From assembly GCA_035649435.1 (NCBI GenBank), contig DASRJO010000063.1:1309-65308 (forward strand): a stretch of DNA of 64,000 nucleotides, read 5' to 3'. Positions 11,488 to 21,611 of the stretch are shown here, in pieces. The notes beneath the pieces are model-generated. The model ran no database searches and was not told the DNA's origin. It saw nothing but the letters and a program-made list of their open reading frames with translations. Position numbers and translations under genes: made by a program. The stretch is from Candidatus Krumholzibacteriia bacterium (GTDB lineage: Bacteria > Krumholzibacteriota > Krumholzibacteriia > G020349025). Within the stretch, counting starts at the first letter, position 1. Every line of letters starts with the position of its first letter.

Positions 11488-13158
11488 ATGCCTGGACGAC
11501 CCCAACCTGCCAAGACCGCGCCCGTGCGCGTGCGTTTCGCTCCGAGCCCGACGGGACATCTGCACGTCGGCGGTGCGCGCACGGCGCTGTTCAATTGGCT
11601 CTTCGCACGCAAGCACGGCGGCACTTTCATCCTGCGTATCGAAGACACCGATGCGCAGCGCTCGAGCGACGAATCCATTCGCGGCATCCTCGAGGCCATG
11701 CAGTGGCTGGGCCTGGATTGGGACGAAGGCCCCGGCGTGGGCGGTGACTTCGGCCCCTATCAGCAGACGTCGCGCAATGTGCTCTACCGCGCCGAAGCCG
11801 AACGCTTGCAGCGCGAAGGCCATGCCTATCGCTGTTTCTGCACGCACGAGGAACTGGCCGCCATGCGTGCCGAGGCCGCGAGCCGCGGCGCGGCGCAACG
11901 CTACGATGGGCGCTGCCGCGGCCTCGAAGCGCAGGAAAGCGAACGTCGCGCCACCGCCGGCGTCCCGAGCGTGGTGCGCTTGGCGTTGCCGCCGAGCGGC
12001 CAAGCGCGCTGGCTGGATCTCACGCGCGGCGAGCTCGCCTTCGACCTGGCGGAGCTCGACGATTTGGTTCTCCTCAAATCCGACGGTCAGCCGACGTACA
12101 ATTTCGCGGTCGTCGTCGACGACGCGAAGATGCGCATCAGCCACGTCATTCGCGGCGACGATCACATCTCGAACACGCCGAAGCAGCTCATGATCTTCGA
12201 CGCTCTCGGGTTCGCGAGGCCGGAGTTCGCACATTTGCCGATGATCATCGGCGCCGACAAGACGCGACTTTCCAAGCGTCACGGCGCCACATCAGTCACG
12301 GCGTTCCGGGACGAAGGCATTCTGGCGCCCGCCATGGTGAACTACCTGGCGCTGCTCGGCTGGTCGGCGGGAGACGATCGCGAGGTCATGAGGGCGCAGG
12401 AACTGGTGTCGTATTTCGGGCTCGACAAGGTGAGTCGCAACCCCGCGGTTTTCGACGTCACCAAGCTGCAGTGGATGAACCACGAGCATTTCGCCCGGCT
12501 CGACTTCGGCGACAAGATTCGCGCGCTGCTGCCGTGCATGCGTCGGCACGGTTTGTGGCCGCCGAGCTTTCGTGCCGAGCTGGTTCCCGCCCCGCACTTG
12601 CGCGTCGTGAGCGGCAGCCCGGCGGAGAAGGTGGCAGCATCCATCCAGCCGGTGAGCGAGGAGGAATGGCGCCGCGAGGAGCCGACCTTGGTGGACGAGC
12701 TGCCGCGATTGCGCCTGATTCTCGACACGCTCGGCAACCGTTTCGGCGGACCGCACGATGTCGGCTTGTTGACGTGTTTCTATTCCGATGCCTTCGCTTA
12801 CGACCCGGATTCGGTCGCGAAGCATCTGCACGGTGATGCGGTGCCGGAGCGACTGCAGGCGCTCGCGACAGAGCTCGAAGCGGTGAAGCCGTTCATCCCC
12901 GAAGCGATCGAGACGGCCTTGCGCGGCTTGGCGGCGCGTCTCGGCATCAAGGCCGGGGATCTCATCCATCCGGCCCGCGTGGCGCTCACCGGACAAGCGG
13001 TGAGCCCCGGGATCTTCGAGGTCTTTCATCTGCTGGGACGCGCCAAAGCAGTGGAGCGCTTGCGCCGAGGTGCGGCGATCGCCATCCACGACCGCGCGCT
13101 GCCGCCTGGACCTTCTCCCACGGGGAGCGAAACGGCGCGGCCGGGCGACCGCACTTGA
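11488..13158 (+). CDS. gltX: Glutamyl-tRNA synthetase.
   Basis: HIGH motif PSPTGHLHVGG, KMSKS-like motif KTRLSKRHG, and a class I catalytic core. The start is taken at MPGRPQ immediately before the HIGH region. Confidence 0.85.
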   Translation: MPGRPQPAKTAPVRVRFAPSPTGHLHVGGARTALFNWLFARKHGGTFILRIEDTDAQRSSDESIRGILEAMQWLGLDWDEGPGVGGDFGPYQQTSRNVLYRAEAERLQREGHAYRCFCTHEELAAMRAEAASRGAAQRYDGRCRGLEAQESERRATAGVPSVVRLALPPSGQARWLDLTRGELAFDLAELDDLVLLKSDGQPTYNFAVVVDDAKMRISHVIRGDDHISNTPKQLMIFDALGFARPEFAHLPMIIGADKTRLSKRHGATSVTAFRDEGILAPAMVNYLALLGWSAGDDREVMRAQELVSYFGLDKVSRNPAVFDVTKLQWMNHEHFARLDFGDKIRALLPCMRRHGLWPPSFRAELVPAPHLRVVSGSPAEKVAASIQPVSEEEWRREEPTLVDELPRLRLILDTLGNRFGGPHDVGLLTCFYSDAFAYDPDSVAKHLHGDAVPERLQALATELEAVKPFIPEAIETALRGLAARLGIKAGDLIHPARVALTGQAVSPGIFEVFHLLGRAKAVERLRRGAAIAIHDRALPPGPSPTGSETARPGDRT

Positions 13159-13206
13159 AGGCCCGCGGTGTGTTTGCTAGGTTACCCTTCCCCTTTGGCG
13201 CGTTGT

Positions 13207-13280
13207 TGGCCGGTCGTCCAACGGCAGGACAGCAGACTCTGGATCTGTTTATGGGGGTTCGAGTCCTCCCCGGCCAACCA
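13207..13280 (+). tRNA. tRNA-Gln (anticodon CTG).
   Basis: I folded the cloverleaf by hand. The acceptor stem TGGCCGG pairs with CCGGCCA; the D, anticodon and T stems all pair; the anticodon loop CTCTGGA gives anticodon CTG; the T-loop is GGTTCGAGTCC; CCA is encoded. Confidence 0.85.
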
Positions 13281-13409
13281 GCCGCCTCCAGCACGAATGC
13301 CGTTCCTGGAGGCGATCATCGACGGATTGGCCGCAGCGCGCGCAGGGTTGACGCTCGTTTCGCGAGCGTGATACAGAACCGGCACGGGGCGGGTCCCGCT
13401 CCGCCAGGT

Positions 13410-13485
13410 GGCCCCATCGTCTAGTGGCCTAGGACGGATGGTTCTCAGCCATCAAACCGGGGTTCGATTCCCCGTGGGGCTGCCA
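13410..13485 (+). tRNA. tRNA-Glu (anticodon CTC).
   Basis: The cloverleaf has a D-arm TCGTCTAGTGGCCTAGGAC typical of tRNA-Glu, an anticodon stem GATGG pairing with CCATC, a loop TTCTCAG with anticodon CTC, a T-loop GGTTCGATTCC, and an encoded CCA. Confidence 0.85.
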
Positions 13486-13497
13486 CCCTCGACGAGA

Positions 13498-13533
13498 GGC
13501 CCGCTGGTCCGACCGGCGGGCCTTTCCGATTTC
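13498..13533 (+). terminator. Rho-independent terminator after tRNA-Glu.
   Basis: A GC stem GGCCCGC pairs with GCGGGCC around a loop TGGTCCGACCG and is followed by the T-rich tract TTTCCGATTT. Confidence 0.5.
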
Positions 13534-13577
13534 GGGGCGGGAACGCACTCTCGGGTGACGATCATCCCCGGAGACAC

Positions 13578-16500
13578 ATGCGCTGGAATCAGCGGCTTCT
13601 CATTTCCGGCCTCTTCCTGTTCTCGGGTGCCGCGGCGCTCGTCTATCAGGTCGTTTGGATGCGGAAGCTGGCGCTCATCTTCGGGGCCAGCCAGCCGGCG
13701 GTGAGCATCGTCCTGTCGGCTTTCATGGCCGGACTGGCGCTCGGGGGTGTGGCCGGCGGGCGCATCGCGGAGAGGGTGCGCCGGCCGCTGCGCAGTTATG
13801 CGCTGTTGGAGGCCGGAGTCGCGCTCGCGGCGCTCGTCCTTCCCTTTCTTCTCGATCTCGTGCAACGCGTGTACGTTGCCGCGGCCATGCGGAGCGAAGA
13901 AGTCACGACCAGCATCAATGTGATGCGCGCGGGGCTCGCCTTCTTCGTTCTGGTGCTGCCCACCCTATTCATGGGTGCGACCCTGCCGGTGCTCGTGCGC
14001 GCGGTGGTGCGCCGCTTCGCGGAGTTCGATGCGCGATTGGCCTGGCTGTACGGTCTCAACACCGCGGGCGCCGTGCTCGGAGCCGCGGCAGCAGGCTTCC
14101 TGCTCCTGCCGCAGCTCGGGGTGCGGAACACACAGGCGCTCGCGATCGCGGCGAATCTGTGCATCGCGCTCGTGGCCTGGATCGCGGACCGGCGCGCGGC
14201 CGCGACGGGCGACGCGGCACGACGCGGGACAGCCGAGGCCGCGCCGGGCGCGGATGCACCTCCTGCCATCGAGTCGCTGGCGACGCGCCGGGCGTTGCAG
14301 CTCGCTTTCTTCGCCACCTTCGTCACCGGGATGTGCGCTCTGGCGCTCGAGGTGCTGTGGTCGCGCGGCATCACCGTCGCGACCGGGAGCACGACGTACT
14401 CGTTCACCATCATGCTGTGCGCGTTCCTCGTCGGCATCACCCTCGGCAGCGCCTTGCATGGCGTGCTGCCGTTGCGACGCGTTTCCGAGGTGGTGCAGCT
14501 CGGCGTGGTGCTGGCCTGCATCGGCATCACGGGGGCCGCGGTGTCGCAAGCGATTCCACGCCTGCCGCAGCTCGCGGTCGATCTCAACCTGCGCTTCCAC
14601 GGCGGCTCGCAAGGGATTCGCGGCGTGTCGACCTTGCTCTTGTCGTTCACCGTCATGCTGGTGCCGGCGGTGTTCATGGGCGCCGCGTTCCCACTGGCGG
14701 GGCGGGCGTGGGCGCGTCTGCAGACCGGGTTCGGCCGCAGTGTCGGCGATCTGGTGGCGGTGAATACGCTCGGTGCCATTCTCGGACCGCTGCTCGCCGG
14801 TTTCGTGCTCGTGCCGCAACTCGGCCTGCAGCGGGCCATGCTGCTGGTGTGCGGCCTGGAGCTCGCCTATGGCTTGCTGTTGCTCGGCGTGGCGCTCGCG
14901 CCGCGCGCACGCAGTGCCGCTCTGATTGTCAGCTTGCTGGCCGTGGCCGTGCCATTCGCGCTGCCGCGCGGGTTGCCTCGGTGGGACCTGCACACGCTCG
15001 GCGCGTTTCAGAACAACGTCACGCTCGGAACCACGGACGAGCGTGGGCGCACCGACGTGCGCGCGCAACTTTTGGGGGCGCAGGTGTTGTACTACGCCGA
15101 AGGTCGTGGTTCGACGGTGTCGGTGGTGGAGTCGCAGGGGAATCGCGCCGTTCTCATCAACGGCAGATCGGTGGCGACCGATAACCAGACCGACCTGCAG
15201 CACGAGGCCCTGCTCGGGCACCTGCCGGTGTTGCTGCACCCGTCGCCGCGCGATGTTCTCGTCATCGGACTGGGCGCGGGCCTCACGCTCGGTGGCGTCA
15301 CCGCCCATCCCGACATTCGCAAGATTACATTGGTGGAGATCGAGCCCGCGGTCTTGGGTGCGGCGCGTGTGTTCGAGGACTTGAACGGCGCGGCGCTCGA
15401 CGATCCGCGCCTCCGCATCGTCGTGCAGGATGGCCGCAACCACCTGCGCACCTCGCCCACAAACTACGATGTGATCACCGCCGACCCGATTCATCCGTGG
15501 GACTACGGGTCGACCTATCTGTACACCACCGAGTACTACGAGCTGGCGCGTTCACGCCTCGCGCCCGGCGGCATCATGTGCCAGTGGATGCCGATCTACG
15601 AGGTCTCGGATGCCAACCTGCGCAGCATCGTGGCCACGTTCGCAGGCGTCTTTCCGCACACGCTGCTGTTCCAAACCACCTTCGACGCCGTGATCATCGG
15701 CGCACTGGAACCCATCCGCGTCGACTGGGAACGTCTGGGGGCGCGACTGCGCCCACCCGAGGTCGCACGGCAGCTCGGCCGCATCGGCCTCCAGGACGCC
15801 GGCAGCTTTCTCGCCGAGTTCACCATGGGTGAAGCCGAAGTCGCACGCTACTCCGCTCGAGCCACGCTCAACACCGACGACAATCTCTACCTCGAATTCT
15901 CGAGCCCGTTTTCCATCGGCAATCGTGGTGGCGGCGAGAACATCGTGCGCATCGACCAGCAGCGAGTGAGCGCCGCGGCGCTCGTGGGTGGCGCGACGGC
16001 GCCGCCCCCCGAGACCTTCGAGGAGCTCGCGAACGCCAAGCGCGGCACGGTGCTGGCGACCTTGATGCTGGAGGACGTCGTGCAAGCGCCGACTTGGGAG
16101 AAGTGGAACGAAGCGGTCGAGCTCTTGCAACAGGTGTTGGCGACGACGCCGGCCTATGCGCGCGCGCAAGTGCTGCTCGCCGAGGCACTCACCGGACGCG
16201 GGCGCGCCGAAGTCGCGGCCGCGGATCTCGCCGCCGCAGAAGCGTCGTTCACGGCGGCGGTGGCGGCAGCGCCGCAATCGGCCGCTGCCTACTTCGAGCT
16301 CGGATCGCTGCTCCTCTCGCAAGGGCGCGCCGCGGATGCGGTGGAGCCGTTGCAGCGCACACTATCCTTGCGCCCGCGCTATCCGCGCGCCCATCTCCTT
16401 GCAGGCGTGGCGCTGTCGGCGCTCGGACGGCTGGATGCGGCCGCGACCGAGCTCGCGCGCGCGGTGACGCTCGAACCCCAGGGAGTGGAAGCACGCCTGC

Positions 16501-16979
16501 AGCTGGCGGTGCTCGAGATGCGTCGCGGCCGGATGGCGTCTGCAAGCGATCATTTCGCTTTAGTTTTGGAACGCGACCCCGGGCAGACGGCTGCACGTCT
16601 CAACCTCAGCCTCGTGCTCACGGCGATGAAACGGCATGCCGAATCGGCGCAGGTGTTGCGGCGCGGCCTGAAGCTGCAGCCGAAGAATGCAGAGATCGCC
16701 GCGCGTTTGGCTTGGTTGTTGGCGACGACACCCGACGCGGCGGTGCGAAATGGGGCCGAGGCTGTGGTGCTGGCGCAGCAGGCGCTCGATGCCGCGCCCG
16801 CACCGGGCCGTTGGATGATCCTGGCGGCCGCGCTGGCCGCGGATGCGCAGTTCGAGGCGGCAATCGAGGCAGGGCAGCGGGCCGAGAGCCTCGCCACCGC
16901 GGCACAGGACGCGCAGCTCGCGGCGGAGGTGCGCATGCACCTGCGCCAGTATTCGCAGCGAGCAGCGCTGCGGCTGTGA
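13578..16979 (+). CDS. Fusion protein of 1133 aa: N-terminal polytopic membrane (MFS-like) domain, central spermidine-synthase-like (PABS) domain, and C-terminal TPR repeats.
   Basis: The first roughly 450 aa contain about 12 transmembrane helices. The central region has VLVIGLGAGLT...LVEIEP...YDVITAD, which matches the PABS Rossmann fold. The C-terminal roughly 350 aa are TPR-like, with Ala-rich helices. Confidence 0.6.
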   Translation: MRWNQRLLISGLFLFSGAAALVYQVVWMRKLALIFGASQPAVSIVLSAFMAGLALGGVAGGRIAERVRRPLRSYALLEAGVALAALVLPFLLDLVQRVYVAAAMRSEEVTTSINVMRAGLAFFVLVLPTLFMGATLPVLVRAVVRRFAEFDARLAWLYGLNTAGAVLGAAAAGFLLLPQLGVRNTQALAIAANLCIALVAWIADRRAAATGDAARRGTAEAAPGADAPPAIESLATRRALQLAFFATFVTGMCALALEVLWSRGITVATGSTTYSFTIMLCAFLVGITLGSALHGVLPLRRVSEVVQLGVVLACIGITGAAVSQAIPRLPQLAVDLNLRFHGGSQGIRGVSTLLLSFTVMLVPAVFMGAAFPLAGRAWARLQTGFGRSVGDLVAVNTLGAILGPLLAGFVLVPQLGLQRAMLLVCGLELAYGLLLLGVALAPRARSAALIVSLLAVAVPFALPRGLPRWDLHTLGAFQNNVTLGTTDERGRTDVRAQLLGAQVLYYAEGRGSTVSVVESQGNRAVLINGRSVATDNQTDLQHEALLGHLPVLLHPSPRDVLVIGLGAGLTLGGVTAHPDIRKITLVEIEPAVLGAARVFEDLNGAALDDPRLRIVVQDGRNHLRTSPTNYDVITADPIHPWDYGSTYLYTTEYYELARSRLAPGGIMCQWMPIYEVSDANLRSIVATFAGVFPHTLLFQTTFDAVIIGALEPIRVDWERLGARLRPPEVARQLGRIGLQDAGSFLAEFTMGEAEVARYSARATLNTDDNLYLEFSSPFSIGNRGGGENIVRIDQQRVSAAALVGGATAPPPETFEELANAKRGTVLATLMLEDVVQAPTWEKWNEAVELLQQVLATTPAYARAQVLLAEALTGRGRAEVAAADLAAAEASFTAAVAAAPQSAAAYFELGSLLLSQGRAADAVEPLQRTLSLRPRYPRAHLLAGVALSALGRLDAAATELARAVTLEPQGVEARLQLAVLEMRRGRMASASDHFALVLERDPGQTAARLNLSLVLTAMKRHAESAQVLRRGLKLQPKNAEIAARLAWLLATTPDAAVRNGAEAVVLAQQALDAAPAPGRWMILAAALAADAQFEAAIEAGQRAESLATAAQDAQLAAEVRMHLRQYSQRAALRL

Positions 16980-17235
16980 GGCAAACGCCACGTCCGGACG
17001 GCGCCGGTCGCGATCGTGAACGCTTCTTGCGAGACTTGCGAGGCTGGGCCTCGAGGGCGTGCCACGCAGCCAGGCCGGTGTGGAACCGGCGCCGTCGGGC
17101 CTGCGGAGGTTCAATCGGTGCCAAGGACCACCGCCCGTGCCGTGTTTGGATCCGGCCCGCGGCTGGTGCAACATTCCAGACCGGGGCCATGACGAGGGCG
17201 ACGATGCGTGGCAGGTTGAGTGTGGTGAGCGAGTG

Positions 17236-18744
17236 ATGGCCTACCAGAGATCGCAACCGAGCAATGGGTCGCTCCTCGACCTGCATGCGGGGGAGAAGCA
17301 CATCCCGCATCCCAAGCGCGTCTTCGTCAACCGCAACCTCAAGATGTCGAGTATCCGCGCCATTGGCTTCGACATGGACCACACGATCGCCGTCTACCGC
17401 AAGCTGCCGATGGAGACATTGGCCTTCGAGGCCACGCGCGACAAGCTGATCGCCGAAAAGGGCTATCCGGCGAGCATCGCTGCCTTGCAGTACGACCCGC
17501 ACCTCATCATTCGCGGCTTGGTGGTGGACAAACGCCGCGGCAACATCCTCAAGACCGACCAGTACAACTACGTCGTGCGCTTGTACCACGGCACCCGCCT
17601 GGTGCCGAAGGAAGAGCGGCGGCGGTTGTACCGCAACCGGCGCATCCGCTTGTCCAGCGCCAAATACATGTCCATCGATACGCTGTTCGCGCTGCCGGAG
17701 GCGACGTTGTTCGCCCTGCTGGTGGACCTGTGCGAGACCAAGGGCGTGATCAGCCACCTGGACTACGCGCAAATGTACGATGACGTGCGTGAGTGCATCG
17801 ACCGCGCGCACGCCGACGGGACGCTCAAGCGTGCCATCGCCGCCGATCTCGACCGCTACATCGAACGCCACCCGGAGCTGCCGGAAACCCTGGCCTCGTT
17901 CCGTGATCACGGCAAGAAGCTGTTCCTGCTCACCAATTCGGAGCCGCCCTACACAGAGAAGGTCATGAGCCATCTTCTCGACGGGGCGCTGCCGGGCTTG
18001 CCGCGCTGGACCGATTACTTCGAGGTCGTGGTCATGAGCGCGGGCAAGCCGGGGTTCTTTCGCACCCTCAAGCGCATGCAGCGCCTGCGGCCCGCCGAAG
18101 CGCGCCAGGCCGGGTTCGGTCCATTGCGGTCGACGTCGCTGTTCCACGGTGGCGGCGCGCGCGCCCTGGAAGGCGTGCTCGAGAACGCCGGCGAAGAGAT
18201 CCTCTACGTCGGGGATCACACCTTCGGCGACATCCTGCGGGCCAAGGCTCACTCGCGCTGGCGCACCGCCATGGTGGTCGAAGAGCTGGAAGGCGAGATC
18301 GATCTCGAGCACCGGCTGGCGCAGCGCTACCAACGCTTGGACCATCTGGTGCTGGAGCGCAACCGGGTCCTGGGGGAGATCGGCCGGCTGCTGCGGCAGT
18401 TGCAGGCGCAGCGCTCCGGGGCGGGCGCGGCGGACGGCGCTGGCGGCCAGGTCGTCGAGGCCGCCGGGCGCCTCGAAGCCCGGGTCAAGCGGTTGGAGGA
18501 GCTGAGTGTCCGCCGGGCGGCGGAGCTCCGCCAGCTGCGGGAGGCCATCGAGCGGCGCTTCAACCGGCACTGGGGCAAGCTGTTCAAGTGCGGCGAGATC
18601 AACAGCAGGTTCGGCCATCAGGTGAAGGATTTCGCCTGCGTCTACACCAGTGCCGTGCGCAACTTCCTCGCCTACCCCGAAAACATGTATTTTCGCTCTC
18701 CGCGGGAGATCATGCCCCACGAGACGGGACCCGACCGGGACTAG
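17236..18744 (+). CDS. HAD-superfamily cytosolic 5'-nucleotidase (cN-II/PF05761-like).
   Basis: HAD motif I is present as IGFDMDHTIAVY. The rest of the protein follows the cN-II family architecture. The start is taken at MAYQRSQ. Confidence 0.6.
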   Translation: MAYQRSQPSNGSLLDLHAGEKHIPHPKRVFVNRNLKMSSIRAIGFDMDHTIAVYRKLPMETLAFEATRDKLIAEKGYPASIAALQYDPHLIIRGLVVDKRRGNILKTDQYNYVVRLYHGTRLVPKEERRRLYRNRRIRLSSAKYMSIDTLFALPEATLFALLVDLCETKGVISHLDYAQMYDDVRECIDRAHADGTLKRAIAADLDRYIERHPELPETLASFRDHGKKLFLLTNSEPPYTEKVMSHLLDGALPGLPRWTDYFEVVVMSAGKPGFFRTLKRMQRLRPAEARQAGFGPLRSTSLFHGGGARALEGVLENAGEEILYVGDHTFGDILRAKAHSRWRTAMVVEELEGEIDLEHRLAQRYQRLDHLVLERNRVLGEIGRLLRQLQAQRSGAGAADGAGGQVVEAAGRLEARVKRLEELSVRRAAELRQLREAIERRFNRHWGKLFKCGEINSRFGHQVKDFACVYTSAVRNFLAYPENMYFRSPREIMPHETGPDRD

Positions 18745-18802
18745 TCGCGAGGACAGGATCGACCGCCGACACCCACACTGTGGTGACGAAAGGAGAGCGC
18801 GC

Positions 18803-19168
18803 GTGGCTCAGGAAATCGTGGCGTTTCTCGAGGACATCTTCTTCACCGCCAAGATCCGCGAGATCGCCCGGCAGCAAGGCAGGGAGATCCGCTTCGTGCG
18901 CGATCTCACCGGCTTGGACAAGCGCTTCAACGGACCCGCGCCGGCCGCGGCGCTCGTCGATCTGGCGGCCGAGTCTTTGAAGCCATTGGATCTGATCCGC
19001 CGCATCAAGGCGCAGCCCGATTGGGCGGGCGTGCGCGTCGTGGCCTACAGCTCGCACGCACGGGCGGAACTGTTGGAGGAAGCGAGCCGACTCGGCGCGG
19101 ATGTCGTGCTGCCGAAGTCGGGCTTCGCCCAACGCCTGCCGGAGATCATGCAAGGCGCGGGGGTGTAA
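18803..19168 (+). CDS. Stand-alone response-regulator receiver (REC) domain protein.
   Basis: An AAGGAGAG ribosome-binding site precedes a GTG start. The layout is CheY-like (IVAFLEDIFF...ALVDLAAE...VVAYSS...GADVVLPK), and the acidic pocket is partly substituted. Confidence 0.45.
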   Translation: MAQEIVAFLEDIFFTAKIREIARQQGREIRFVRDLTGLDKRFNGPAPAAALVDLAAESLKPLDLIRRIKAQPDWAGVRVVAYSSHARAELLEEASRLGADVVLPKSGFAQRLPEIMQGAGV

Positions 19169-19181
19169 GGTTCACCCGACG

Positions 19182-21269
19182 GTGGGACCTGCTGCCCGCA
19201 CGAGAAGAGGGTTGGCGCCCCGCGCGCGCGTCGTCGCGCTCCTGGGTGTCGCCGTGGCGGCGGCTTTGCTGCGACTCGGCTACGTTCTCGAAGTCCACGA
19301 CGATCCTTCTTATCGTTTTCCCCAAGTCGATGCCGCGGACTTTCACACGCGCGCGCTGCAGGTGATGCGTGGCGAGGGCCTGGGGCCGCAGGTGCACTAT
19401 AAGGCCCCAGCGTACGCGTGGCTCGTCGGGCAAGCTTATCGCCTCTTCGGGCCGCACCCCCAGGTCATCTACGTGTTGCAGATGCTCGGTGGAATCCTCG
19501 TCGCGGTGGTGGCCGCGCTGCTCGGGATGCGCTGGTTCGGCAACGTGGTGGGTGTGATCGCCGGGCTCGCGTCGGGGCTCTACCCGCGACTGGTGTACTA
19601 CGAAACACAATTGCTCATCGAACCGGCGGCGCTCACCGTGTCGGCGTTGGCGGTGGCGTTGCTGATGTTTTCATCGCGCAGCCCGATGATCCTGGCTGCT
19701 GGAGCGCTCACCGGGTTGGCGCTGCAATTGCGGCCGCTCAACGCCGTGCTCGTTGTCGCGTTGCTCGCGTGGCTGTTGTGGCGCGGTGGCCCCTGGAGCT
19801 TGCGTTGCCGGCAGGCGGTCCTCTTCGTCGCGCCGGTGATCCTGCTGTTGATCCCGACCTTGCGGCACAATCGGCTCGCGTCCGGTCACTTGGTCCCGAT
19901 CTCCGTCAACGGCGGCATCAATTTCTTCATCGGCAACAATCTGGATTACGATGCGAGCGTCGCCATCCGTCCCGGCCTGCGTTGGGAGGAGCTGACCCGG
20001 CAGTTCGGTGCCATGGACGATCCGGTGCAATGGGAAAAGAATTTCTATGCTGCTGCATTCCAATCGATGCGCGCCTCGCCGCTCCAGCACGCCGCGCTCA
20101 CGCTCAAGAAGTTCCTGTTGGTGTGGAATCGGCGCGAGATCGACCGCAACCAGGACGTCTCGGTGTTGCGAGAGCGATCGCGGATCCTGCGCGGGCTCGG
20201 GGTGCCCTGGGGAGTGCTCGCCATCGGCGGGATCGTGGGATCGGTCGCGCTCTGGGGGCGCTCCGTGCCGCCCCTCCTCCTGCTGATCTGGCTCCAGGTG
20301 CTCGGGATCGTGGCGTTCTTCGTCACATCGCGCTACCGATTGGCCTTGGTCCCTTGGTGCGCCATTGCCACTGGCTTCGCCGTGACGGAAATCGCCGCCG
20401 CTGTGTGGCGCCGGCAATCCCGGCGACTTATATTGCTGGCGTCGACGCTCGTTGCGGCCGGCTGCATTGTCCTGCCCGACTGGACCGGTCTAGAGCGTAG
20501 CTCCTTCGGACGCCCCGAGTTCGATCGCGCCATGGTGCTCGCACGCGCAGGGGATCGCGTGGCGGCACTGCGTGCCTACGAACGTGCCCTGGAGCAGGAC
20601 CCGAACGACCCAGATGTGGTGTATCGATACGGTGAGCACTTGGAGCTCATGGGACGGCGTCGCGATGCGATCGCGGCATACACTCGTGCAGCGGGACTCG
20701 CGCCGGCGGCCTACAAGCCGTCGCTTTCGCTCGGTGTGGCGCTCTATTTGGAGAACGATCTCGATGCGGCTTGGGAAGCGCTCACTGAGGCCGAGCGCCG
20801 AGGCGATCCCACGGGCCGGACGCTCTTCGACATGGGCTTGGTGCGCGAGCGCCAGGGACGATACGAGGACGCGGTCGACCTCTTCTCCCGCAGTCTCGCC
20901 AAGCACGACGACCGCGCGGAGACCGCCTCACGACGTTTGGCTCTCGGCCGATGTCTGGTCATGCTGCAGAAGCCCGAAGCAGCCGAGGTGCATTTCGTCG
21001 CCGCCGAAGCTCTGTTGGGCGATCCGGGCGCGGTGGCGCTGGAGCGCGCCGAGGCGTGGCTGCGTCGCGGCGAGCCGACGCGTGCGCTCGCGCTGCTCCA
21101 GACTGTCCCCAACTTGGACACGAGCGCCCGCGGCCAGTTCATTCGCGCCCGGTCGCTCGAGACCCTGGGGCGCTTCGACGCCGCGCGCGCCGCGGCCGAA
21201 CGGTCGCTCGCACTCGAACCTGGATCGGAGGCGGTGCGGCGCTTCCTCGACGCGCTCCAGCCGCCGTGA
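19182..21269 (+). CDS. GT39/PMT_2-like (ArnT/PMT family) membrane glycosyltransferase fused to C-terminal TPR repeats.
   Basis: The N-terminal roughly 420 aa are polytopic and begin with a DD-containing loop (EVHDDPSYRFPQVDAADFH), typical of the GT-C fold. The C-terminal roughly 250 aa are TPR. The GTG start is uncertain. Confidence 0.5.
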   Translation: MGPAARTRRGLAPRARVVALLGVAVAAALLRLGYVLEVHDDPSYRFPQVDAADFHTRALQVMRGEGLGPQVHYKAPAYAWLVGQAYRLFGPHPQVIYVLQMLGGILVAVVAALLGMRWFGNVVGVIAGLASGLYPRLVYYETQLLIEPAALTVSALAVALLMFSSRSPMILAAGALTGLALQLRPLNAVLVVALLAWLLWRGGPWSLRCRQAVLFVAPVILLLIPTLRHNRLASGHLVPISVNGGINFFIGNNLDYDASVAIRPGLRWEELTRQFGAMDDPVQWEKNFYAAAFQSMRASPLQHAALTLKKFLLVWNRREIDRNQDVSVLRERSRILRGLGVPWGVLAIGGIVGSVALWGRSVPPLLLLIWLQVLGIVAFFVTSRYRLALVPWCAIATGFAVTEIAAAVWRRQSRRLILLASTLVAAGCIVLPDWTGLERSSFGRPEFDRAMVLARAGDRVAALRAYERALEQDPNDPDVVYRYGEHLELMGRRRDAIAAYTRAAGLAPAAYKPSLSLGVALYLENDLDAAWEALTEAERRGDPTGRTLFDMGLVRERQGRYEDAVDLFSRSLAKHDDRAETASRRLALGRCLVMLQKPEAAEVHFVAAEALLGDPGAVALERAEAWLRRGEPTRALALLQTVPNLDTSARGQFIRARSLETLGRFDAARAAAERSLALEPGSEAVRRFLDALQPP

Positions 21270-21611
21270 CGAGCGTTGGAAACAATTGACGATCAACGAC
21301 TTGCTGCCGGATGGGGGGGCGCGATCCCGCCCCCAGCAAGGTGGAAAGGCGTTGCGGTGACGCCAGACGAGGTGTTATACGAAGTCAGCCTGCCGAGGTT
21401 GTCGCTCCGTCCTCCCTGAGACTGCGGACGATCGAGGAAACGGACGCCGAGGGAAGCGGGGGTCGTGCGCAGCCGAGGAGACGCCGTGAGGTCCGTCGCT
21501 TGTGCGTCGCCCCGCGGCCGATGTGTCTCTACAACATGCGCTGAAGCCGGAGGCCCTCTTTTGCGGATGGGGCCGGCCGACCAGAGGGCGAACCCGAGGA
21601 GGGTCAGAAGG

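Noticed and set aside
16618-18720. 700-aa minus-strand ORF opposite the HAD 5'-nucleotidase gene.
   Set aside because: Its composition is dominated by A, R, P and G. It has no domain signature and no ribosome-binding site. The plus-strand ORF has clear HAD motifs.
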